Below, piece after piece: positions 37,713-50,787 of a DNA stretch of 64,000 nucleotides (position 1 is the stretch's first letter; each line of letters opens with the position of its first letter). Made by a program: the position numbers and the translations under genes. The notes below the pieces were generated by a model. The model was not told the DNA's origin. It did no database searches and was given only the letters and a program-made list of their open reading frames with translations. The stretch comes from Vicugna vicugna (lineage: Eukaryota), in contig MU058844.1 in assembly GCA_013265495.1 (NCBI GenBank), positions 502,941 through 566,940 on the forward strand, read 5' to 3'.

Positions 37713-39359
37713 AAACTTTCCCTTCAACAGGACTATTGTCTTATTTCTCATATGGATTACTGATAAGGGATAAAATCATATCTTCATTCCAGGAATTGAT
37801 ATGTATTGCTTTTCAGAGTCTTTATTTCTATGGAAAATTTTCTATGTGTGCTAAGGATGCATAAGAATTGAAAATGTTTTGAACTCCACTGGATCAAACT
37901 AGCAGTGAGAAAGCTCTGTTGCTTAAACTTGAAGTTTTGGTTATCAGATCTGAACTGACTGCCAACCACTTAGCGTGGCCATACAGTGGAGGGGAAAGTC
38001 TGAGGTCAGGGGTCTTGATGAAAATGGCCAAAGTTTCAGTTTCTGTATTGTTTGGTTTGTTTTCCGTTCTTTCCTGATCTCAACCTGTACTCTAACCTGG
38101 CCAATCCTATAAAAAGTGTTCTCTTGACCTGGCCCTGGAACAGGCGAGAGAGTGTAGACAATCACTGCAAATCTGTCACCATGGCTGGAAAAACAATCGC
38201 TGGCACCTGCCCCTCTACGTATGAGGGACAGAACATTTATCAAGATCAACCCAGGAGAATGCAACTTGGGATTTTGCCCCAAAAGGGAAGAGTAGGTAGA
38301 TTTCCACAATTTTTTTTTCAAATTTACAATAGACGCAATTTGCCTATATTAAGCAGCTTGTTTTACCAACAAGGAGGGCCAATGAGTAAGGTACAGGGAA
38401 AAAGCATTAAAACTGCCTTTGGCTTAAATTCTTCATTAGGATGAGATGATGATTGCAAAATTATCAGAAACTTTGCTATTATTGAAAATGAGCAGGCTGG
38501 AGGATTAGTGAAGATTCAACATTAAGTATTGAAAAGTAATGAGAGTTTGTATATGTTTCATTTGTATGTTTTATGTCTACTTATCTTTCTGTATACACAG
38601 TGACAGAGTTTGGAAGAAATGTTTTGCTAAAAGTAAAATCAGAGTAGTGGAATTTGACTAATTAGAAAAATCTTTACTAGTATTTTTATTAGTGTTTGAA
38701 TAAATTAATGTTTAAAAGTAAGTATCACAGGAAGGATGAAACAGAAGTTAATAAAATAAAAATGGAAAATGATAGAACAGACAGATCTTGACATTTGAAA
38801 TAAAAACGTGGTCCAGAGAAGCACTTAGATGGAATAGAAATTGATGACAACTTCTATTATTGTGCCCAGTCTTGTGTCTGCATTGGGCTTTAGCCTGGAT
38901 TTAGATGCTTCGGGCAGGTATGATGTGCTAGTGGTCCTGGTAACCTGCAGGCATCTATTAGCATGAGCTGATTTCCTTGGGTTGAAAGGGTCTGCTCAGG
39001 AGAGGAAGAAGGAAAAAGGATAGTTTGGTGCCAGTTTCAGATAATGACCCCTGGCCAGGCACTGGGGACTCCTGGAACAGATGGAGCTGTTTAAATTAGG
39101 GGCTAAAAATGTATATGTGTGTCTGTATGTGAAGTGTGTTGGGGGCTGGCATTGGTGGAGGGCGAGAGCACTGGGGTGCCATGAAAAGGCTGTGGCAGGT
39201 GGACTGAATTATGAACATTTGTGAGCTACCCTGTCCCTGATGCCTGCCAACCCCAGGGGAGAGGTGAAGAAATACTCAAGGAGGATTTTACTGGGGTCTG
39301 GAAGCCTGCAAGAGCAGATGCCAGTAGAGCCAATGGAATCTGAGCAGCTGCTATTACAA

Positions 39360-39740
39360 GTTGACATTTATAAGCATCTACTGTGCCCAGGTGCCATGCT
39401 AAACTCTTTACGGTCTTTTAATTCCATTAATCCTCCAGCAACCCCCAAACATGAGCACCTCTATCTCTTTCTAACAAATGGAGGAAACTGGGGTTTAAAG
39501 AGGTTAAATAACTTGCTCAAAAACTGACTGAGCTGCAAATTGTTTCTCAGTTTTGGGTAATTCTGTTGACTTTGTTTTCTTAATGGGAAGCATTGAAGTA
39601 GGTACAAGCTTGAGCTCTGAAGACAGACTTGGGTTTCTGTCATGGCTTTGCCATGACATGGTTGTGTGGTCTTGGACATGTTATACAACCTCTCTGAGCC
39701 TGCAGAGTTGTTGGAAGGATTAGAGATTATAGATAGAAAG
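39360..39740. mobile_element. Two MIRs (minus ~39360-39535, plus ~39590-39740)
   Basis: 'aaatggaggaaactggggtttaaagaggttaaataacttgctcaa'; 'gtggtcttggacatgttatacaacctctctgagcct'. Confidence 0.75.
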
Positions 39741-39805
39741 AAAAACACTCAGTTAGTGATAGTTATTTTTACCATATATCATTCAAGACCATTTAGTGTT
39801 AACAA

Positions 39806-40532
39806 TGTGATGGTTAATATTATGTGTCAACTGGGCCAGGGGGCCCCAGATATTTGGTAAAGTATTATTCTGGGTGTTTCTGTAAGAGTGTTTTTAGATG
39901 AGACTAACCTTTAACTGGGTAGATTAAGTAAAGCAAATTGTCCTTTTTAGTGTAGGTGGGCCTCATCCAATCAGTGGAAGTCCTAAATAGAGTGAAGAGG
40001 CTGGCCCTCCTTCCAGTAAAAGAGGACTCCTCCTGCATGATTGCCTTAATACTGGGACACTGGCTTTTTCATGCCTTCATATTTGAACTGAAACATCGGT
40101 TCTTCCTGGGTCTAGAGCCTACCAGCCTTCAGACTTGGACTGGAATTACATCACTGGCTTCTGGGCTTCCAGTTTGCCAACTCACCCTGTAGATCTTGGA
40201 ACTTTCTTTTTTTTTTGTCATGTAACTTTTTTATTGAGGCACAACAAGGCATTATAACTTGCCTAAACTTGAGGCAGTTAGTTTAGTAAGCTGAACATTA
40301 ATACAGTTAAAGATTAAGTGCAAAAAATATATATTCACAGCTTGACTAGTGAGGCTACATCACAATTTATAAAGTGCCAGATTAGTGTTAAGTCTTCATA
40401 TCAGTCTTCATAATTGCCTGAGCCAGTTCCTTATATTCTTATAATGAGTCAATCTCTCTCTCTCTGTCCCCACACATGCAGGTACACACACATCCTATTG
40501 GTTCTGTTTCTTTGCAGGACCGTGAGTCCCAC
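39806..40532 (+). mobile_element. ERVL LTR, MLT2-type, interrupted by an mRNA retrocopy
   Basis: 'tgtgatggttaatattatgtgtcaactgg...ggtgggcctcatccaatcagtggaag...cctattggttctgtttct'. Confidence 0.92.
40207..40390 (-). pseudogene. Processed-pseudogene fragment: 3'UTR end of a cellular mRNA
   Basis: Minus strand ends '...gccttgttgtgcctcAATAAAaaagttacatgac' then A10; not MLT2 sequence. Parent gene not established; from memory it resembles the KHDRBS1 3' end (unverified). Confidence 0.75.
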
Positions 40533-40534
40533 TC

Positions 40535-40945
40535 AATATTAATCTAATGATGTCTGGATCCCAGGCACTAGGCTCCAGGCCAGAGAGAGAGAGGGAATGT
40601 GGCAGTCTGATTTCTTACCTTCATATAGTTTATAGTTTCAGCCTAGACTAGACTAGAGGGAGAGGCAGACCTTAGGCATATAATTGCAAATAATAAATTA
40701 AAATTGGAGTAAGTGCCACAGAGAAAACATACCAGGGACTGTAAATGCATAATACAGAGCCCTCCTCCACGTTGTTTCCCTGAGGAAGTTACAAGTGTGC
40801 TGAATAAGCTGAGATCTGAGGGGTGAGTGGGCTTGGTTGGAAAACACCCTGGGCAGAGGCAGCAACATGAGTTCATTCTTGCCTTGTATGTTCCAGAGCT
40901 GAAAGGAGACAGCTGTGGTGGAGTAAAGAGGACAAACTGAGCTAA
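40535..40945 (-). mobile_element. L2 fragment
   Basis: 'ccaggcactaggctccaggc', 'ttccctgaggaagttaca...aagctgagatctgagggg', 'cctgggcagaggcagcaacatg'. Confidence 0.7.
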
Positions 40946-41680
40946 TACATAACCTATATATTCCTTCTTCTTCTATTTTTTTGGGGAAGAGATTGTGTAG
41001 AATTGTTATTAATTCTTCTTTAAATGTTAGGTTGAATTCTCCAGTCAAACTATCTGGGTCTGGGGATTTCTTTTCAGAAGTTTTAAAGTTATGAATTCAG
41101 TTTTCTCAGTAGTTACAGGACTATTCAAATGATTGATTTCGTATCAGATAAGTTGTCATAGTTTTACTTTTTGTAGAATTGGTCCATTTCATTGAAGACA
41201 CCAAATTTATGTGTGTAGAGCTGGTTATAGTATTCCCTTATTAACCTTTGACATATGCAGTCTATAGTAATTATAGTAATGTCTAAGTAGAAAAAAAAAT
41301 CCCATTTCATTCCTGATATTGGTAATACGTGTCTTCTCTCTTCTTTTCTTGGTCGGTTTTGCTTGAGGTTTGTCAGTTGATCTTTTAAAGGAGTCGGCTT
41401 TTTGTTCCAGTGTTTTTTTTTTAATTTCTATTTTCTGTTTCCAATTTCATTGATTTCTGCTCTTTTAAAAATTATTTCCTTCCTTCTGCTTTCTTTGGGT
41501 TTATTTTACTTTTATTTTATTAATTTCTTGAGATGAGAGCTTATTTTATTGATTTGAGACTTCTCCTCTTTTTTTAATGTTAGCATTAGTGCTATAAATT
41601 TCCACCTTGGCACTGCATTAGCTGTGTCCCACAGATTTTGATATGTTGTGTTTTTGTTTTCATTCAGTTCAGTGTATTTT

Positions 41681-42421
41681 TAAAAAAAATTTCCCTCAAG
41701 ACTTTCTTATTACCCTGGAAGTATTTGGAAATGTGTTGTTTAATTCCCAAGTGTTTAGAGATTTTCCTGTTATCTTTCTGTTATTGGTTTCTAGTTTGAT
41801 TGCATTGTGGTTAGAAAACATACTCTGCATACTTTCATTTTTTTAAAAAAAATTTGAGGTTGGTTTTATGACCCAGGATATGATCTATTTTGGTATATGT
41901 TCCATGAGTGATTAAAAATAATGTGTATTCTGCTATTGTTGAATGGAATAATCTATACATGTCAATTGATCCTGTTGGTTAATAGTGTTACTGAATTCTT
42001 CTATATCCTTGATGATTTTGAGTCTAGTGATTCTATCAGTTGTTGAGAGAATAAAAAAAATTTCCCTCAAGACTTTCTTATTACCCTGGAAGTATTTGGA
42101 AATGTGTTGTTTAATTCCCAAGTGTTTAGAGATTTTCCTGTTATCTTTCTGTTATTGGTTTCTAGTTTGATTGCATTGTGGTTAGAAAACATACTCTGCA
42201 TACTTTCATTTTTTTAAAAAAAATTTGAGGTTGGTTTTATGACCCAGGATATGATCTATTTTGGTATATGTTCCATGAGTGATTAAAAATAATGTGTATT
42301 CTGCTATTGTTGAATGGAATAATCTATACATGTCAATTGATCCTGTTGGTTAATAGTGTTACTGAATTCTTCTATATCCTTGATGATTTTGAGTCTAGTG
42401 ATTCTATCAGTTGTTGAGAGA
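41681..42421 (+). repeat. Tandem duplication of 370 bp (period 371), no mismatch seen
   Basis: 41681-42050 equals 42052-42421 on base-by-base reading, with one extra A at 42051. Confidence 0.95.
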
Positions 42422-42726
42422 GAGAGAGGCTGTTGAAGTCTACAACTATAATTGTGGGTTTGTCTATTCTTTCAGTTCTATCAGTTTTTGCTTCATATAT
42501 TTTGTAATTCTGTTGTTTGTTGCATACACATTTAGAATAACTATGTCTTGGTGGATTGACCCTTTATCATTATGCAATAATGTCTTTCTCTATCTCTCCT
42601 AATTTTCTTTCCTCTGAAGTCTTCTTTATATGATATTAATATAACCACTCCAGCTTTCTTTTTATTAATGTTTTCATAATACATTTTTTTCTACCCTTTT
42701 AATTTCAACCAGCCTACATCACTATA

Positions 42727-42975
42727 CAGCTGACCCTTGAACAACATAGGTTTAAACTGCATGGATCCATTTATACACAGATTTTTTTCAGTAGTAAATA
42801 CTACAGTACTACACAATCCACAGTTGGTTGAATCTGAGGATGTGAAACCGTGGATAAAGAGGAATCTCAGATAAGGAGGAATAAATATGGAAAGGCAACT
42901 ATAAATTATACATGGAATTTTTGACTACATGGAGGGTCAGTCATCCTATCCTCCACGTCTTTCAGGGGTTAACTG
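42727..42975 (+). mobile_element. Tigger2-family MITE (TcMar) nested in L1
   Basis: Imperfect TIRs cagctgacccttgaa / ttcaggggttaactg; TA at 42725-42726 and 42976-42977. Confidence 0.9.
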
Positions 42976-45729
42976 TATTTGAAATGAGCTTCTTATAGAT
43001 AGTGTATAGTTGGGTCATGCTTCTTAATCCACCTGCCAATCTTTGTCTTTTAATTAATATATCAGAGCTTTTACATGTATGTAATTATTGACATGATAGA
43101 GCTTATGTCCCCCATTTTATTTTTTTCCATTTGTCCTGTTTTCACTGTGTTTTCCTTTGTTTGCTTCTATTTTCCCCCCAACTTCCTGTGGATTATTGAA
43201 CATTTTTTAGAATTTTGTTTTGATTTAGTGATAGTGTTTTTGAGTGTTTCTGACCTTTTTAGTGGTTGCTTTAGATATTACATTACACATACATAACTTA
43301 TTAGAGTTACTAGTATTGGCATTTTACCAGTTAAAGTGAGGTGTAGAAATCTTATCTCCCCTTCTGTCATTTTACTCTACCTGTTTATGGGTGCCTTATA
43401 TAATCCATCTACATACACTCAGAACCGTATTAGACAGTGTTATCATTATTGCTTCATTTGTCAATTTAGAAAACTTAAGAGGAGAAGGAAAATTCATTGT
43501 ATTTATTCATATTTTTACTCTTTCTGTTGTTTTTTCTTCTTTCTTGATGTTCCAAGATTACTTATCATTTCCTTTCCATTTGGAGAACTTCCTTTAACCA
43601 TTCTTTTAGATTATATCTGATGGTGACAAATTTTCTTAGTTTTCCTTCATCTGAAAATGGCTAAATTCTTCCTTCATTCCTGAACAGTATTTTCACTGGG
43701 TACAGAATTCTAAGTTAACAGTTCATTCCCCTCAATGTTTGAAAAATGTTGAGCAACTTCCTTCTGACCTCCATGATTTCTGATGAGAAATCTGCTATCA
43801 TTAGAATTGTTTTCCCCCTCTAAATAAGGTGATATTTCTTTCTGCTTTCAAGTTTTTTCTTTATCTTTGGTTTTCAAAAGTTTAACTATGATGTGTTTTG
43901 GCATGAATTTCTTTGTGTTTATCCTGTTTGGGTTCATAAGCTTCTTGAATCTGTAGGTTTATGTCTATTGGCAAATTTGAGAAATCCAGCCATTATTTAT
44001 TCAAATTCTTTTTCAGCCCCACCCGTTTTCTTTTCTTCCAGGACTCCAATGACACAAATATTAGCTTTTTGTTGTAGTTCACATGTCTCTGTTGCTCTGT
44101 TCCTTTTTCTTTTCAGTGTACCTTCTTTCTGTTTTTCAGACTAAGTAATTCCTGTTATCCTATTTTCAAGTTCACTGTTTGTTTCCTTTGTCTCCTCCAT
44201 TCTGTTGTTGAGCCCATCCACTGGGTTTTTTATTTCAGGTATTGTATTTTTCAGTTTTAATATTTCCATTTGATTCTTTGTTAAGTTTTCTATTTCTTTA
44301 CTGAGGCTTTCTATTTTTTCTATTTATTTCAAATACATTCATAACTGCCCATTGAAGCATTTTTATGATGGCTGTTTAAAAATATTTGTCAGATAAGTTT
44401 AATATCTTTGTCATTTTGGTGTTGGCATTTACTGATTGTCATTTTCAATTCAGGTTGAGATTTTCCTGGTTCTTACTATGGTGAATGATTTTTGACTGAA
44501 TCCTGGACATTTTGAATATTATGTTATGTGATACTCTGGATTTTATTTAAACCTTCTGTTTTAGCGGATAGTCTCTAATACTGCTCTGACTAGGGGAAGG
44601 GATTCACTTCTTCATTAATGCCTGGTGAGGGTTGAAGTACAGGTTTCCCACTCAACCTCCACTGACACTTGGGGACAGCAGAGTTTCCTCATTACTGGTG
44701 GGGTAGGTGGGAATTCCAGCTCCCCATGTGACTTCTACTGATGCCACAGGGGTTGGAGTGGCCTTATTACTGCTAGACACTGATGAAAGTCTTACATCTC
44801 CACTAGATCTCCTCTGACACCACCCCAGTAGTGGGTAGGGGGTGCCCCATTACCACAGGTGGAAATCCAGTCTCCCTACTAGATCTTTGCTAGCATGGAT
44901 GGAGATGGATTCAACGTTATTTTCTGTGGTATTGGCTGGAGTAGAATGGTTATTGTTTAAAAGTTTTCTGTCCTTCTAGGCTTCTCCTTTTCTGGTCCTT
45001 TGGCTAGAGAGAGCAAAGTTATTTGTTTTCATTTTTGTTTTGTTTTTTGAGACTTTCTTTGTTTGCACCCATTGGCGTTCCCTGTGTCCAATTTCTCCAT
45101 CTCTAAGTCTGGGATATATAAGGCAATAAGGAAAGCCAAGGATTTTACCATCATATTGTTCCTTGGGTCCCAAGGTCCCTTGTGGTCTGCCTTCTTCTTT
45201 CTACCTTTCAGAATTTTATGTTTGATTTATGTATAAGGGCCAGGGTTTTTGGTCATATCTATCAAGAGGAATAGGGAAAATTTCTGGAAGCAGAAACCCC
45301 TAATGTGAATCCAGACTATTTATTTAGTCTTTTAAATCCTGTCCCCACCCCAAAAGGTAGATATAAATGAAACTTTAGTCTGGAGATTGCTGAGTTTGGG
45401 TTCTTTGACATATTGTGCAATTTAAGAGTAAACCTCATGCCTTGAATTTTCCAGGAAAGTCTGGGTTTCGAGTAATTTCATTGTTTTAAATAAAAGCATT
45501 TCATCAACTGAAGAAGTGATTTTTCATGAAAATAAATTCACAAATACAAGAAAAACTCCTATACCTGACCCCAAGTCCCTACTTGTATTTTGGGAAATGA
45601 GGTTACTTTAGCTGGTCACGAGATACCAGTTAAGCCATAGGTGACCAGCATTTATTTTATTTTGAAGCACTGTTTTGCTAAACATCTGGATGATTGTTTG
45701 AGAATAATGACAACAACAAAAACAAAAGT

Positions 45730-45950
45730 GAACATTTTAGAGTATTTTACTATGAGCCAGCTGCTGTGATAAGCTTTTTGTTTATTAGCTCATATAATAT
45801 TCCCTACAGGCCTATTCAGAAGATAGTAGTATTTTCTCCAGTTTACAGATGAGTAAACAGAGGCTTAAAGAGGTCAAGTATCTTGCTTAAGGTTATACAG
45901 CCAGCAAATGGGGGAGCTTATTCTCTCTGACATCATTGCCCATGCTGTGA
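45730..45950 (-). mobile_element. MIR SINE
   Basis: 'ccagtttacagatgagtaaacagaggcttaaagaggtcaagtatcttgcttaaggt'. Confidence 0.85.
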
Positions 45951-45951
45951 G

Positions 45952-46425
45952 CAGTACTGTCTGATAGAAAAAGTGAGAGCCACACATATAATTTAGAATT
46001 TTCTAGTAGCCATATTAAAAAGTAAAAATAGACATGTAAAATTATGTTGAATAATCTATATATTATTCAACCCACTATAGCCAAAATATTATCCTTTCAA
46101 CATACAATCAATTGTTAATGAGACATTTTAGATTCCTTTTTTGTATTGGCTTTAAAATCTGGTGTATATTTAACATGGATCATCTCAGTTTGGAGACTGA
46201 AGTTTCACTGGAAATATTTGACGTACATTTAGATTTCAGAAAATTTACAGTTGAAAAAGCAGATTCATATATTCAAATTGTTCCAGACATACTTAGAAAT
46301 TCATCAATAACTAAATTTGGTACAAATTTTAATGTTTAAATAAATTAAGATCAACTACAATTAAGAATTGAGTTTCTCAGTCACTGTAGCCATACTTCAA
46401 GTGCTCAGTAGTCACGAGTGAGCTC
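45952..46425. mobile_element. Charlie1/MER3-family hAT element
   Basis: 'cagtactgtctgatagaa...aattttctagtagccatattaaaaag' ... 'tagccatacttcaagtgctcagtagtcac'. Confidence 0.8.
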
Positions 46426-47559
46426 TATAATCACTCTGTTACCCCTCCTGAGTTCAGTTTTCTATTGAGAGCCGAATCCAAGGGGAACAAAACCCATGTC
46501 ATAGCCAGAAAGAGGGAGAAAATTCGTGGAAGTAAAAGAAAGGGTCAGCCAAGAGTCAAGAGAAAAAGACCTTCCTTTTGGCTGTTGTTGAAGTTACAGT
46601 AAGTTCTAGAGTGTTAATTAACAGGAAAGGAAGTAAAAGTATTTTCCTCCACTTCTGAGAATGGGTCGGGGGTGCATTCTAAACCTGGCTTTTCAAAGAG
46701 GGCTGCTGTGTCTTGATCTGTGAAGGATTAAAGTCAAATGAAAATGACATTGAGCTTCTAACACAGTGGCTCATCAGCTGAGCACATCCCCAAAGTCATG
46801 AGCTGTGTCCCTACAGTGGTTAGTCACACAGTGAAATACCCAAGTCAAAACTGAACTGTCCACCACAAATCTCAGAATGGAAAAATTCTAGGATTTTTTT
46901 TTCTTACTGTAGTTGTTCATGGAGGTCTCTCGGTTATGAAACATGTCCTAAAATGGCAGAAATATCTTGGTGCCAAGAAGTAGTTCCTGACCTTTTTAAG
47001 CTCAAACCCACTTCACAGTAATATATAATTTCACAAAAGCTCTTAGGAATTAAAAAAAATCATATTATTTTTGCAAAGTAACAATAAGCAAAGAAGTAAT
47101 TTTAAATTAAAAATCAATTTGAGAGTGGTATATTATTAAAGATTATATTGAAATATTTTAACATGTTTTGTAATACTATTTATAGTACACATTAAGACCA
47201 ATTTTAACTTTAACAATGAACATATACTATTTAATTTACTCTAAATAAATAATATAAAAACCATGACTTGACAAATAAATATAAAAATAACATAAATAAC
47301 ATTGTATCTTGCTTGCTTTGGAGACTGGATTTATATTAAAATGTAGACTGAAATTTAACTATGTTAAATCACCAAGAATATTGGCATGCATGATCTGATG
47401 GTTGAGATTCTTGCATTTTGTGTGCTTAAAAAAATTAAAATCATTGCTTTAATTTGATTATTTTTTTAGTTCTGTTTCTACAAGAAGAGGTGGGGGAGGG
47501 CTCTGGGCCCTTACTATATGGCAAATACATATATCTACGTATGTGCACAGAGATTGAAA

Positions 47560-47790
47560 GAGAGGGATTTAGAGCTAGATGGTTTCTGGGTTTGAGTCAG
47601 ACTCTGGGTTACAATTTTGGGAACCTTGGGAACTTACTTAAATTTTCTATAACTTGTTTTCCTTCTCTATAAAATGGTGTTAATAATTGTACAGACCTCA
47701 CGGGGGCTGTTGTGAAGATTAAATGAGTTCACATATGAAGGGGGCTTAGAATAACTCTTGGTCCATTAGAAAGGCTCCGTAAATGTTAGC
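47560..47790 (+). mobile_element. MIR SINE
   Basis: 'ctctataaaatggtgttaataattgtac...gttgtgaagattaaatgagtt...taaatgttagc'. Confidence 0.8.
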
Positions 47791-47809
47791 CATGGTTTAT
47801 TTCCACCTG

Positions 47810-48640
47810 TATGTTCCACTCAATGTGTCCAAAGGCCAGGCTTATCAGTTTCCATTCTACGCTTGTTCTTCATGCACTTTCTGTATAAATTGGTGTTACT
47901 GTTAAGTACTTTATCACTCTAAAAGCCCATGGTTCAATTTTTCTTCTACTTACACTCCTTATCAAATTACTTGCCAAGTGCTGTTTTAGCTCTGATTTCT
48001 CCAAGTCATTTGCTTTTCCCCCTCCCTAGGATCATACACTTTTAACTGATTTTTCTGGGTTATTTCTTGTCTCCCTAGATTAATTTTCCATGTAGCATAG
48101 CACCTAGCTATAACCTAAGTCTGAGTAAAGTCCTCTCCCATTGGTGAATCTCCATTGCTTATAAGATTCCAAGAAATCCAAGTTTCTTAGCATAGAATAA
48201 ATATAATGGACTCTGTGATCTGTTTCTGCTTACTTCTCATTCATTCATTCAACAAATCTTTATTGAGCACTTGCTACATATTAGCCAAAAATCTTGCCAT
48301 TCCTACCTGATGCTTTTACTGAAGACAGTGCTACTTATCATTTCTTGGACTCACGTGGTTTTTCTTGTCTCCCTGGGATGGCTCACAAGTTATTCTCTGC
48401 CTGGAATGCCCTTTCTCAAAGTCACTGAGTGAGCCAGATTCATGCTTCCTGGCTCTTCACCCAGTTCTCTCTGTCTGTCATACTTGTTCAGGACCAAGCA
48501 CCTGCCCTCCATCAACCATGAAGTGGGTAGTAGCCTCTCAAGAGATGTTCCCTGAAACAGTGAGTGCCATCTACAACAATAACCAGACTGGTTCTTAGGG
48601 CATTTTTTACCAGTTCTTATGGAACTTGCCATATATCATG
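47810..48640 (+). mobile_element. L2 fragments
   Basis: 'ctcaatgtgtccaaag', 'atcaaattacttgccaagtgctg', 'ctctgcctggaatgccctt'; includes a short minus-strand L2 tail at ~48237. Confidence 0.55.
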
Positions 48641-50232
48641 TTCTCACCTCTCTTTATCTTAGTGAGCGTCAGCTTCTTTAATCTTAGAAAGCCCTTGGGG
48701 CTTAGATGGTCTTTATTGTAAAATACAAGAGGAGTGGAGCCTTGTCTCATGTTGATCTAATACACCAATCTGGCTAATGGGTTAAGATACCCGTTGTGTC
48801 CTCTAACCTTCAACGCACGTTTGACTGAAACTGAAAGCATAAGAATAAGCTTCTGGGTGGTCAGCTCCCTATCTTCTACTGAGCCTGCTGCGGCCCCTCT
48901 AACTTAGGCAACCATTCATGTATTTATTGATCCAACCCACAAACCTTCATTCAGTGTCCACTTTGAACCAAGAGTTTTCCAGAAGTACCTCATGTGACTC
49001 TACCAGCCCCTGGTTTATAATCTTTTTCTTCATCCCATAAAGGTTCCACCCCACCCATAGTGGGTGGTTTGTTGGTTCTTTCTCCTGGATCCCATCTTTG
49101 TCCGACACTGAAGTCCGGCCACCTCTTGTTGTCTTATCCCTACTTCTGCCCTTCATCCTTCAGACTGATTTGTAGGTCTAAAGAGGCTTCTAACTCTCTC
49201 CCTCCTGCTCCTCTGTAGGTGAATATAGGAATTCTGTAGGTGAATTTAGAACCTGGGCACAGATGATGTGTGTTTAGGGGGTGATGGTGGTAAGAGTATT
49301 GGAATAGAAATTTAGAGGCATTACTTAGAAGTTAGTTTGACCAAATCTTAAGGTAGAACATACTGGGACCATGGAGAGAAACAGGAGCAAAAACAGGGCA
49401 TTGAATAAATTCCATAAGCATTTTTAAAATCTCCTAAGGATTAGTTTGGATATGAAACTAGGAAAAAAAATAGCCTTGGCTTATAAGAATATATCATATG
49501 TGCCATCCAGCTGCTCTGCAAAGATTTTGCTTGGGAAACACAATGCCGGTGTAAGAGGCAGTGGATTTAAATTTGCAGAGAGTCACTATCTTCTTCTAGG
49601 AACAATTACTCTATTGTCTCTTGCCTCATCTCCAAAAGCCACCTGTGACAGTGACAGAGCGAAGTCAACAGTACAAGAAGATTCATTATTTTAATTCTTT
49701 TGTTTCTGGAAACGATCATTTTACAGCTGGGTTCTCCCTAGTTTATAGAGGAAAATGAGATTCTAAGAAAAGCTTTGAACTGTTTTGGCTTTCCCCAGAA
49801 AGCTGTCCTAGCTGAAATGGAAGGATAATGGCACTGCTGTCTTGACTGGCATTGAGAGAAACTCTGATATATCATTTCCTTCAGCCCCTTTCCTATCTCC
49901 ACCCACTCCCTCCCACCACGTCCCTCTCCCTTCCCCATCTTTATTCCTTCCAAAGGCCTTGCTCCTAGATGTCCTGAAGCTACTCAAATGGGAATAGTGA
50001 CCTGAGCATAAACTCTCTTCTCAGGTAGTCTAAGGTGGCCAAAGCCACACCCTGAATCCCCTCTGCTTCCCTGGACCACCATCCTGGAGTCCTGGAGCCT
50101 TAGCATTTCTCTCCTTGGGCTGGTCCAGCCTTTCTCAAGCTTCAGTCATTTCAAATTCTCTTCACAATTTTGATAAGCCCAAGTAGTGCCCATACTATCA
50201 ATTTCTTCGTAGTTTTAATTTGACTCACTTTA

Positions 50233-50353
50233 TTTTATTTTTTATTTTTGTTTTGGTGGTAATTAGATTTATTTATTTACTTATTTATTTTGATGGAGGT
50301 ACTGGGGATTGAACCCTAAGCATGTAGTCTACCACTGAACTATACCCTCCCTC
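50233..50353 (-). mobile_element. Camelid tRNA-derived SINE (vic-1 type, small internal deletion)
   Basis: 'ggtaattagatttattt...gatggaggtactggggattgaaccc...ctaccactgaactataccctccc'; TSD ttg(a/g)ctcacttta at 50220-50232 and 50354-50366. Confidence 0.9.
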
Positions 50354-50455
50354 TTGGCTCACTTTAAAAAGCATAAATAAACTAATTTTTAAAAGAAATT
50401 TAATTCATCACCGTAAATGGAAAACTACTATCACTAATGTCAATGGAAGGTGACT

Positions 50456-50787
50456 GCTATTGTCTGAATATTTGTGCCCCCTCCAGAATTCACACGTTGA
50501 AATCCTAAAGTGTAGTGGGATGGTGTTAGGAGGTGCAGCCTTTGGGAGGTGATTAGGTCATGGGAGTGGAGCTCTCATGAATGGGATTAATATCCGAGAG
50601 CTCTCCTGTCCCCTTCCACCACCTGAGGATACAGTGAGCACTCTGCAGCTCAGATGGGGCCCCTCACCTGACTGTGCTACACCCTAATCTTGGACTTCCA
50701 GCCTCCACAACTGCGAGAAATAAGTTTCTGTTATTTAGAAGTTACCCAGCCTGTGGTATTTTGTAGTAGCTGCCTGGATTGAGACAG
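50456..50787 (+). mobile_element. MaLR LTR, MLT1A-like
   Basis: 'tgctattgtctgaatatttgtgcccc...cctttgggaggtgattaggtcatgggagtggag...atcttggacttccagcctcca'. Confidence 0.9.

Larger units (their letters stand above)
40955..45297 (-). mobile_element. Ancient L1 (L1MC/L1MD-type): 5' UTR, degraded ORF1 and 5' half of ORF2
   Basis: Peptides 'TGEFNLTFKEELITILHNLFPKKIEEEG' (ORF 40698-41048) and 'TDRITRLKIIKDIEEFSNTINQQD' (ORF 41933-42121) resemble L1 ORF2; L1MC-like 5' end near 45297; many stops and frameshifts. Confidence 0.92.

Noticed and set aside
38052..38444. 130-aa ORF in unique sequence, with nearby CCAAT and TATAAA words
   Set aside because: Non-ATG start, no recognisable homology and no convincing splice structure; promoter words alone are insufficient.
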